From contig OX638158.1 in the NCBI GenBank assembly GCA_951804945.1, positions 44,764,001-44,828,000 of the forward strand: a DNA stretch of 64,000 bases. Reading direction: 5' to 3'. The translations under genes and the position numbers were made by a program. The notes beneath the pieces were generated by a model. It searched no databases. It was given only the letters and a program-made list of their open reading frames with translations, and was not told where the DNA came from. Positions 1 through 10,065 of this stretch are shown here, piece after piece. Numbering within the stretch: position 1 is the first letter of the stretch; each line of letters opens with the position of its first letter. The stretch is from Podarcis cretensis (Eukaryota).

Positions 1-121
1 AAACCAAAATAAAACAACAGGGCAATGAATATGGGATATGCTCTGTGGCTACAGAATGCTGATTGACATTTAGGGGAGAAAAATGGGAAATGGTGGCAGA
101 GGGACTACAATGGAATGACTA

Positions 122-393
122 GAAATATGAACAGAACCCTCGACTCTGCTGCACATTTGAAGATCATGGGTTTCTCTGAGGAAGATACTGGGGTTTACTC
201 ATGTGAAGCCATGTTTCCTCTAGGCGCAAGAAAAGGCGAAGTGTCTCTCAAAGTTCTCACCTATATGACACCCCTCAAGCCATTTCTTGCAATAGCTGCT
301 GAAGTTGTCCTTTTTGTTGCTGTTATTTTTGCCTATGAAGCGTGCACCAAAAAGAAAGAATTTCAAGTTGAAGAAGTTGAAAAATAATTTTAG
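122..393 (+). pseudogene. EMB: Embigin-like (basigin family) pseudogene fragment: end of Ig domain 2, TM helix and start of cytoplasmic tail; probably processed
   Basis: Translation HLKIMGFSEEDTGVYSCEAMFPLGARKGEVSLKVLTYMTPLKPFLAIAAEVVLFVAVIFAYE aligns by eye with embigin (LKI..EED..Y.C.A.F.LG......L.VL.Y..PLKPFL.I.AEV), including the family's intramembrane Glu. No splice acceptor upstream. In-frame stops TAA 385-387 and TAG 391-393. Confidence 0.8.
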
Positions 394-1398
394 TTTGGTT
401 TCCTTTGGAAGAAGTTTACTGAAGACTTATTGGGGGGGGGGTTGTAATATTTGTGTATATATTACAAATATACAAGTTTGGCATAGGAAGGTACACAACC
501 TAACCACTCCAAAAGGCACCTGAAGTCCACTGCTTCCACAGATCTTCTTCTTCTATTATTCTTATTCTTATTATTGTTATTATTAATATTATTATTACTG
601 TATATCCCACAGCAGCTTACAGATAATATAAGCTAAAAATGTAGGGGGGTCAATTAAAAGCAATTAAACATTAATAGAATTAAAGATATATACATAGAAA
701 ATGTTTATTAAAAACATACAGATAATTACAATAAGAACAGCAAGGCACCAGCCATTTCGTTAAAGGCTGTCAGGTCCCAAAAGCCTATCTCTAGGGGGAT
801 AATCAGTACTCTAAGATACTTACATAGCAACAACTATTCGCAAACCCTCAGTTCTCTGTATCTTTCTTAATCTTATCATTTTGTTTTCTTTTGCACAGGC
901 ACCCTGTCCTTCCTCCTAGCTAAGGAGGGAAAAGGCATGCCCTTTTGATAAAATGGCTCTTAACCAACAATTAGTTTCCATAGCAACATATCATAGGATA
1001 TATTAGTTTACCTAACATCGGATGTGTCCAGCCATACCTGTCCAATTTCACAAATTATTTGTTGTTTTTAGTAAATTGCACAGACTTATCTGCACACATA
1101 CAAAGCGGGAATATCTTGTCGTTATTTTAAATTGAGCAATGCTTACAAATACATGAGAGTTTGCATGTTCCATGCTGTAAGAACTTGGGCTGACCAGAAG
1201 GGAGGTGGCAGAAAACAGGTGTCTTCTAATCCTCTCCCATCAACCCACACTCAGTGGCAGACCTTGGGGTCTCAAAAACTTTGGTCCCCCCTATCTCTTG
1301 CCTTCCACTCTACATCATAGTTGCAGTGCCCCCTGCAGCACTTCTGAGCTTGCACAGCCAATCTTCACGAGACTGGTGGCAGAGGGCCTCCTCTGACG

Positions 1399-1530
1399 TT
1401 TAGAAGACATCTGAAGGCAGCCCTGTTTAGGGAAGTTTTTAATGACTGGTGTTTTAATGTATTTTTAATCTTTTGTTGGAAGCCACCCAGAGTGGCTGGG
1501 GAAACCCATCCAGATGGGTGGGTATAAATA

Positions 1531-1571
<41 letters not shown>
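1399..1571 (+). mobile_element. L2-type LINE 3' end with (TAT)n tail
   Basis: tttagaagacatctgaaggcagccctg...gccacccagagtggctggggaaaccc...ataaata followed by (tat)n; near-identical copy at 55972-56140. Confidence 0.75.
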
Positions 1572-1574
<3 letters not shown>

Positions 1575-2119
1575 CCCTAAATCTGCCTCTGCCACAGCTC
1601 CTCCACAGAGAAATCAGGATGATGTTTGCACACATGCCATACAAAGGGAAATATTGGGGCTCCATTCTGGGATCCATCTTTCAAAAGAGCCAACTTTTTT
1701 TTGCTAAAGAATGCTGGTACGTTATTCTGGAATACTAGCTGAATAATGATGACATCATGTGGTGACATTCCAAAAGTTAAAACAAAACAAAACTAGCAAC
1801 TATACCACCAAGAAGGGCTGCAGATTCAGTGATAGTACTGAAAACAATTGCCCCATGTCTCATTCTCCCTTCTCTACCTCCTAACACCAAGGGTTCATGA
1901 ATGAAGGATCTGAAACAACAGCCCGTTAAACAGAGCTGGATAGAGAGAGGAGACATAGAGTTCTTGTCTTCACCAATTTCAGATGCCATAGCATCTATTT
2001 CCATCCTGCAGCCTCCAAAACAGTAAATGTAGTTGTTTGAAGTTCACAGTGAGAGAAGCCCTCTATACATACAGTATAGCTATTGTGGCTTCATAATTAA
2101 GCATATGCTTAGGTGGGAT

Positions 2120-2398
2120 ATAATTCAGATGATCACCAAATCAGGATACGCAATATATAGAAACTGAACCGGTGTGGTGAGAGAGAGGGAGAAAGGTCTT
2201 GCAGGCCGGGGATTTATCCTTGTCCCAGGCACGGAGCCAAGCATCGCTATTGGTCGGTTGTTCCTGCGCCCAGGGCGATGTCCCCAAATTCCTGCCGCTA
2301 TTGGTCGATTTGGCAGCAGTAGGGCAATCCAGCCTCCAATAAGCCAATTCACAGAGGAGGCCCGGGGCCATTGACCCCTTCTGAGAAGGGGTAAATGG
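2120..2398 (-). mobile_element. Unclassified retroelement-like promoter cassette (5' hairpin, two CCAAT boxes, GATAAA, pyrimidine-rich initiator)
   Basis: Hairpin 2368-2398; exact 12-mer cgctattggtcg at 2245-2256 and 2296-2307 (CCAAT on - strand); TTTATC 2213-2218; CpG-rich relative to flanks. Confidence 0.45.
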
Positions 2399-2589
2399 AC
2401 ATATAGAAATTGAAGGAAATAGTTTAGTGGAAAACTGACTTATGGATTGAATCTTTTCCCCAGCTTTAGGGTAAACAGAGGCTACAGCTGCAATAGCCCT
2501 CCTGCACTCCTCGGTTATCTAAATTTCCCCTATGTTGGGAACACTGTTTTATTGCTGTTGCGTGCATCTGTGCTACAGAAGTGGGACTA

Positions 2590-3068
2590 GGATAGATAGA
2601 TAATTTATTGTGGTTGAAGACCAGCTTATAAAACACACTTCGGGGTACAATCCCAGAAAGAAAACAAACAGTTAAAACAACGTACAACAGTAAATATAGA
2701 CACTTAGAACTTTAAGATAAGCTACCGCATAGATATGACCCAGAGTCACCCACGGAACCGAGTTTGGGGATTTTCTTCATGAACTAGTTTTAGTCGGGGG
2801 ATGGTCTGCGCCTACAGATCTGTCCACAGAATCTGGCGACCATCCAGGTCATCTTCTGATCTTTGCCTAACAGGAAAAGGTCAAATTGTTCTTTTCTGGG
2901 AGGTCAGCGAGCCTCACCAGTAGGGGATCAATGGTCTTACCACGTGCCTCTTCATAAAAGGAACATCTAAAGAACAAGTGCTCTGGGCTTCCTATATCCC
3001 CCAAAGAACAGGCGCAAAGTCTCTGAGCATATGGGACTTTTTTAAAGGCTCCTTTCAGGACCGGCGAG
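2590..3068 (-). mobile_element. 5'-truncated LINE (RTE-X-like): ORF2 C-terminal zinc knuckle plus 3' UTR
   Basis: 13-bp TSD AGAAGTGGGACTA (2577-2589 / 3069-3081); - strand peptide RLCACSLGDIGSPEHLFFRCSFYEEAR; ends in aataaa plus (tatc)n. Confidence 0.8.
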
Positions 3069-4732
3069 AGAAGTGGGACTATGCAGATAATCCTTCTTAT
3101 GATAAAGTACAAAGGGCTCTTGACATATGAGTGGTCCGCTGAACAGCAGCACAGCTATTCATCAGTACCAGTTTCCTCCACCTCAGTGTGTGGACAGAGG
3201 CTTATTTGTCTCAGGGTCACAACAACAGGACTGCCCCCATGTGACAACTTGGAATGCCAGTGCCTAATTCTTGCCCTATTCCCCTGAGCATCAGAGGAAC
3301 AGTGTGCTAGGCTGCTGTAAGAGCATATTAAGTGTTTTTACTGGGAACAATTGTAGAAAAGCAACTTAGAATTTTTAAGTGACACAATGATATTTAACGT
3401 ACACTATGGCCTTCTCCTTTCCTCTCTCTGATTCCATATCAAAAGTTTTATTTCTCCCTTAACAAGTACCTTCTATTATTATCATTACAGAGCTGTTTTC
3501 ACCAATATTCAGATGAATGGGAAATGCTTTCTCTATCCCATGATTTGAATTTCAACTCAAACTAAAGTAATCCATGGAATTTGCCTTGTCCCAAGGACTT
3601 TTTCAAGTAAACTCTCTGAGATGGTCATGCTATTGCATAGTGTATGTAAACAATGCAATTACATTATTATTGAGGAGGTCCCATGACACAACCAAGTTGA
3701 ACAATATTGGAGTTCAAGATCCATTTTTAGGAACTGCCCAGTTATTCATAACCGCAGTGCCATCTTTGGCACTTTTTCTTAATCCACTCTTCACTATAAT
3801 CCACCACTGTCCTGTACACATGTAAGCTGTCAGAGTATCTGCAAACTGTTATTAAAAATAACAGCAGAGGAGATGTTAGAGTTCCAGCAAAAACTAATTT
3901 ACCTCCTGCCAGGTAAATAATAATGGTTTTCATGGAACAAAGAATAGCCAATCAGGATGCAGCTTATTTGCAAGTATAATGTAGTTGCCTGACTTCAGGC
4001 TTCATTATTCACTACTCAAAACATAAAAGAGGGAAATCTTACAAACGCCACATGAACATTTTCAGTCTATCATAAATCAGGATTGCTTTCCTAGATACTT
4101 TTAGTCAACTAATGAGAGGATCATGTTTTCTTTAATAGGGCTCTTATCAGAGCTGCAATTGGCAACAAAAGCATCCAGATCATTTTTTTAAAATTTCATA
4201 TTATTTTGTTTTGTGGTGGGTTTTGTAACTTGCTATAACAGATGGGTCAACTTGCACAGTTTTCTTCTTGGCAGAAAAGCATGAAAGTCTCCATTTTATA
4301 TAAGAAAGTCTTCCTGATAAGGTAAACAAGCAAACAACACCCCCCCACACACACACATAAGTACATAAGATATGATATCTGTTGATTTCGCGTGCCCCCC
4401 CCTCTGTTTGAGAACTAGGATAAATGCCTTTGCACGTAGTCAAACTCCTCAAACAGAAATGAAAAGCAGACCTAGAAGGCAGAGCAAGTTGAATTGGCTC
4501 CCACTTGTGCTTACAAATGCATGAAAACTGTTGGGTCACTTCAGACATTTATGGGTCTTTAACACATGAGGTATATATCATAGTGCTTCACGCAACTGAA
4601 AAGTAACAAATCCTTAGGCAAAAATTGAGTCAAGGCTCTGAGTGAGAACACATTTCAGTGGCAAGGCACAGGTTTAAGATGAGTGAATTAATACAGCTGG
4701 GTATTGATAACTGGCCCCCACATATCTGTACT

Positions 4733-4733
<1 letters not shown>

Positions 4734-4767
<34 letters not shown>
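4734..4767. repeat. (TTA)n microsatellite
   Basis: Visible trinucleotide run. Confidence 0.95.
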
Positions 4768-4769
<2 letters not shown>

Positions 4770-4869
4770 TCCATTTATTAATTGTGCAGAATAATATTGT
4801 GTCTGCTTTGGTTCTATGGAATCTGCTCTTAGTTCCTGTCTGGTATATATTTTATTTCTAGAGTTCTAC

Positions 4870-5170
4870 AAGCAAACCAGCTGAACCTGAATTCAGATAA
4901 GGCTGAATTAATAATAGTCTGGAAATCTTGTGACCTAGAGACTCTGACACATGTCTCTAAAACATGTGTCTCCTGTAGCTTCTCCTTTTTACCAGCTTCA
5001 TACAAATCAGAAGGCTAGGCCTACCATCTCTTCAGATTCAGACTGAGACATGGTTATTCATGCCCTTGTAACTGCAGAGTTTAACTGCGTTAATGTGCTG
5101 TCTTCAGGGCTTCCTTTGTGACTGCTTGACATTAATGGCTGTTTGGAGGCTGCCGATGGTGCAGAATGAA
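4870..5170 (+). mobile_element. Degraded L2 LINE ORF2 fragment
   Basis: gcaaaccagctgaacctgaattcagataaggctgaa encodes ANQLNLNSDKAE, resembling the L2 motif NKLKLNPDKTE. Confidence 0.55.
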
Positions 5171-5503
5171 ATGACCCAACTATTGTAAATGTCCTTTTAA
5201 AAACTTTATTGAGGAAAGCATTTACAACAGGCAGCTCAAGTTCAGTTTCACTTTCCCCTTTCTTTCCTCCCTTATTTTTTGCTGTTATTTGTGTTTCTCT
5301 TGGAACCTAATACTTGTGTGGAATGTTATGACCCAATCCTAAAATTTATGATGGAACGGTCACCTCAACAAGTGTTTAAATTATGGTTTGGGGAGAGCAC
5401 TTTGGGGAGCTGATTCTGTTGTGACATGCTGATACAGTAAACAACCACAGACAAAACCAATGGGATACAAAGCTGTACAAGAAGATGACATCTGAGGAAA
5501 ATA

Positions 5504-5855
5504 AGTAAAGGTAAAGGGACCCCTGACCATTAGGTCCAGTCGTTACTGACTCTGGGGTTGCGGTGCTCATCTCGCTTTATTGGCCAAGGCAGCCGGCGTA
5601 CAGCTTCTGGGTCATGTGGCCAGCATGACTAAGCTGCTTCTGGTGAACCAGAGCAGCGCACGGAAACGCCGTTTACCTTCCCGCCTGAGCGGTACCTATT
5701 TATCTACTTGCACTTTGTGCTTTCAAACTGCTAGGTTGGCAGGAGCAGGGACTGGGCAACGGGAGCTCACCGCATTGCGGGGATTCGAACTGCCAACCTT
5801 ATGATCAGCAAGCCCTAAGATCTGTGGTTTAACCCACAGCGCCACCCGCATCCCT
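5504..5855 (-). mobile_element. Sauria SINE (Squam1), full length
   Basis: Typical body and (acctt) tail; 13-bp TSD TCTGAGGAAAATA (5491-5503 / 5856-5868). Confidence 0.92.
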
Positions 5856-5976
5856 TCTGAGGAAAATAGCAAGACAATATATCACAGCAATTAAAGTACA
5901 AGGGGAATGGAATTGTATGGCAACATATAACAACAATGGTAGATAAAAACACACACCCAAAATACAAAATTTTTTA

Positions 5977-6082
5977 TCTTGGGGCTGTGGGTCCGAGCCC
6001 CACATTGGGTGAAAGATTCCTGCATTGCAGGGTGTTAGACTAGATGATCCTTGTAGTCCCTTCCAGTGCTATGATTCTATGA
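5977..6082 (+). mobile_element. 5'-truncated tRNA-Lys-derived SINE with CR1-like tail
   Basis: gagccccacattgggtgaaagattcctgcattgcaggg...atgattctatga; same family as 19655-20522. Confidence 0.75.
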
Positions 6083-6248
6083 AGCTGAATCAATACTAAA
6101 TGCACTGCAGAATTGTTGGCTAGTTCTATGGATGATATCTTATGTCATTACATTGTCAAAACCATTTTAGCAATTAGGGACTTCCCACAGTTTGCAGCTA
6201 AAAATAACCTGCTATCCTCTTACGTGTTTCCTCCCAAAAAAAGTATTA

Positions 6249-6481
6249 CAGTGGTACCTCGGGTTAAGTACTTAATTCGTTCCGGAGGTCTGTTCTTAAC
6301 CTGAAACTGCTCTTAACCTGAGGCACTAATGGGCCCTGCTGCTGCTGCCACGCCGCCGGAGCACGATTTCTGTTCTCATCCTGAAGCAAAGTTCTTTACC
6401 CGAGGTAATATTTCTGGGTTAGCGGAGTCTGTAACCTGAAGCGTATGTAACTTGAAGCGTACGTAACCCGAGGTACCACTG
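6249..6481. mobile_element. Tc1/mariner-type MITE
   Basis: TIRs CAGTGGTACCTCGGGTTA / TAACCCGAGGTACCACTG with TA on both sides. Confidence 0.92.
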
Positions 6482-8308
6482 TATCTTACAACCAATTAAA
6501 CTGAACAATATACCAAATCTGGCAATATAAAACTGCCAAGACGAATGACAAACCTAGTGTGAATTATCCCAAATAACCAGCAGAGCTTGTCGAACATCCC
6601 CTTTCCCGTTGTGACCAACCAGGTATCTATGGAAAGGTCATCAGCAGGACCTGAGAGCGGCCTTCCTCTCCCACTGTGCTTTTCCCTTTCTCATATTCTG
6701 ATATATATGCTGCCAACCCTCCATGCCTCTTAGTTTGAAACCACAGTAGTGTTTAGATCTGTTTGAGTTGTGGGAAATAACTAATTGTTTTATTGCAATC
6801 ACATCCAGCATCTGGAAAGCTATTTGCTAAAAAATTGTTACACAAAGTAGTATACGTGACTCTAGGACCACATGGCTCTTAATCTGAAATTTTGTTATGT
6901 AAACAAAATGGGCAGATTACTCACGAAAAAATCATACAATTAACATTTACCTGACACATTATTATTGAATAATTCTGGAAGACCACATATTCCTCAATTA
7001 TTTTTGACCAGTGTGCTTTAAGCATGTATCATTTAATATCCGGATTGGGGGGGGGGGGGTCTGCCACTTCAAAACATCTAAGAAGAAACATAAAAGCATC
7101 CGGGAAGAACATTTTCTTTGTAATGCTCTCCGGTGCTTTCATTTCTCTGCTAAATTGATCTGTATAAATCTTCTAAAGAAAAAGGTATCCATCTATGCAA
7201 AATAAATAAATAAATATACTAAAGATACTGTATTGAGGGGAAAAGTAAATGATACGTTCTCCAGAAGACCTAGACTGTTAAGCTTCTGCAGTATTTAAGT
7301 ATTAGAAATGTACACAAATACATATATACAAAGCCTAGGAAAAATTACTCTCATTCCATTTATAATCCCCAAGTGAAACACACACATACATTCACACTCT
7401 CTCTGCAGGTATTGCGGCTTATTTTATTTTAGCATTTATTGAACTGCACACTGTGTCATTTACACACTGTGTGATTTGGCAGAGTAAACATAAAACAACT
7501 ATCATTTAATACAGGTTTTCCAGTTGAAAATTACGATTCCATTTACTTTTTGTTTCAGTACTATAAAACGTGATATTGTTTCCCCAGAAATTTAAACTTC
7601 CTATTTTAAAGGACATGGCTCCTCCTCCTCCTTACTCTCCTCCTCCTCCTTCTATAAACAAATTTGGAGCATGGATGCTGATTGTTACCTGAAGGTACCA
7701 AGGAAGCATTAGGTGCTTCTTGACAACTGTGCCAGAACTACACAATGGCCCTTTAATTTCTTAACAGCAAAGACATCTTGCGCCACAGAAACTGTGCTGT
7801 AAACTTTCCTAACTTCCAAAATCTGGTCATCAGGTGACTTGACTGGCAATGCCGATTAGTTTGGCAGAAGAGTGAAGGCTATATGAATACAGACTGGGGT
7901 ACAAACTACACCAGGTGACATTAAATGCCTATTTGCCTCTAATGCACAGTTTTTAAATTCAAATTGGCACCAGTGGAACGTTTCTCCTGCAAATAACTAG
8001 CATCTGAAAAAGGATTTTCTGGCCACAGGTGCAACCTAGGCATTCAGGTGCAGGTACACCATCCTTTGCAGCAGTTCCTTCAAGGGGAGTGTGGCTCCAT
8101 GATACTCCATTCAGAACAGAGAAATCACATACTCCCAGATCTTGATGTTCACCACCATCATTGTTGCAGTCTTATCTAGATTCATTGTAAGTTTATTCAC
8201 TCTTATGTAGCTTGTCAGGGTCTCCACACTCCTATGGTGTCATGGCAGGCTGCTGGAGATTAAAAATATAGCTGAGTACCACCTCTGTGCCTTTTAGTAA
8301 TCTTTCTT

Positions 8309-8373
8309 TTCCTTCCTTCCTTCCTTCCTTCCTTCCTTCCTTCCTTCCTTCCTTCCTTCCTTCCTTCCTTCCT
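8309..8373. repeat. (CCTT)n microsatellite
   Basis: Visible tetranucleotide run. Confidence 0.95.
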
Positions 8374-8549
8374 TTTACAGTGCAGGCACACTGCAAAGTG
8401 CCAACCAAAGTTGCAGCTGCCTATAATCTTCTTTCCCACAAAATGCATTTGGGGAAGGCCAGAAGCATTCTGGTAAGATGGGAATAGTGGGTTGGTACAA
8501 TTTTAGCCAGTGCTCCACTTCCCATTTTCAATTGTCCATGTTTCTGTTG

Positions 8550-8552
<3 letters not shown>

Positions 8553-8589
<37 letters not shown>
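8553..8589. repeat. (GT)n microsatellite
   Basis: Visible dinucleotide run; another at 13038-13068. Confidence 0.95.
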
Positions 8590-8594
<5 letters not shown>

Positions 8595-8759
8595 TAGATC
8601 CTCATGAACTTTTGTCAGCATTTTGGTGTCATTTCTCCTCATAAACAAGTTTATGTATACAGTTTTAACTAATACACATTTTTGCAAACAATTTCCCCTA
8701 AGATAAGGCATTTTTATGCTACTTTCACTAATATTTTATGTACACTTTCTCCAAATATA

Positions 8760-8979
8760 CAGTGGTACTTTGGGTTACAGACGCTTCAGGTTACAGACTC
8801 CACTAACCCAGAAATAGTACCTCAGGTGAAGAACTTTGCTTCAGGATGAGAACAGAAATTGTGTGACGGCGGCAGCAGCAGGAGGCCCCATTAGCTAAAG
8901 TGGTACCTCAGTTAAGAACAGTTTCAGGTTAAGAACGGAACTCCAGAACGAATTAAGTTCGTAACCAGAGGTACCACTG
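8760..8979. mobile_element. Tc1/mariner-type MITE (same family as 6249)
   Basis: CAGTGGTAC...GGTACCACTG TIRs, TA flanks. Confidence 0.9.
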
Positions 8980-9149
8980 TATGCAATTTTTCACATTGCT
9001 TTGTTGGAGAGCTGCATTGCACAATTCAGAGAAGTGAAAATTTCAAAGGATGACTGTGTTTCAGTTCTTGAATTCAAACAAGAAGTGCAAATTAGGTAGG
9101 TTCTCATTAAAATATTTTTTTTAATTAACATTTCCTCCCATCTCTATAC

Positions 9150-9560
9150 TCAGGCTACTGTAGGCATCAGTAGACTGATGCACTCCAAACTCCAAAACCT
9201 TGGGTGATCTCTCCCAAGGGCTTCCTATCAACATTAGCCAGCAAAGGAAAGAAAATAGAACTTTAGAGTACCCCATGAGATAAACCCCAAAGGACAAAAG
9301 ACTATTCCAGTACCACTTTCCAAACCTGTCATGTGAGATTACTGAAGAACCATTTCAAAAGAGTGTCCCCAACCTAACCTCCATCTTCTGTAGATGGTCC
9401 AGCAATATCTGGTAAGCTATGATTTTTTTAAAAGTCACTGAGGGGTTTAGAAGAATCAGAACAGTTACTCTTCCCCTATCCTTTAGATATCAGGACCACC
9501 AATATGGCTTCTATCTCAAAACATGGTTGGAAGCCAGACTGAGGCAGTATTCGTATGAAC
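9150..9560 (-). mobile_element. Degraded L2 LINE reverse-transcriptase fragment
   Basis: - strand reads QSGFQPCFEIEAILVVL, resembling the L2 RT motif QSGFRPGxGTETAL; boundaries approximate. Confidence 0.5.
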
Positions 9561-9896
9561 AAGCGAAGATAATAGCTTAGCTGTGACAACTTCTGCATTT
9601 GTCTAAACTCAGAATATCTATCACAAAGAATTCAGGAGTTCCAAGGCTTATATCTGAAAGCTTTGTTGGCTGTTTATGCATAATTGGCATAACTGGCCAT
9701 GTTTGGTTCAGTTTTGAATAGTTCTGTGCCGCTCAAAGACTTGTCTATAGCCGTCACTCCAAAGAAAAATATTAATGGGCAAAGTAATCGTAAACATAGG
9801 AAACTGGTGGAATTTCCAGTGGCTTAACTGAAACCGGCATAAATTACCACTATTCCAAAAGCCATTCAAGATTAGGGATACTCTAACAGGTGATTT

Positions 9897-10065
9897 GGGT
9901 GGAATCTACACACATATAAAAAAACACTGTGAAAATGTTTTAAGAAACGCTTTGAAAAATACATTAAATTTTGCATAGCTCGCTTTCACCATCTAGTGTC
10001 ACATTTGTATATTGCACTTTACAACACATTTAAAATGTTTTATTTGTAGCTGTGTAGATGAGCCC
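9897..10065. mobile_element. PIF/Harbinger-like MITE
   Basis: Imperfect TIRs gggtggaatctacac / gtgtagatgagccc. Confidence 0.55.

Noticed and set aside
7600-8260. Terminal exon of a neighbour of EMB (for example HCN1) suggested by synteny
   Set aside because: No matching reading frame on either strand; the EMB piece looks retroposed, so synteny is uninformative
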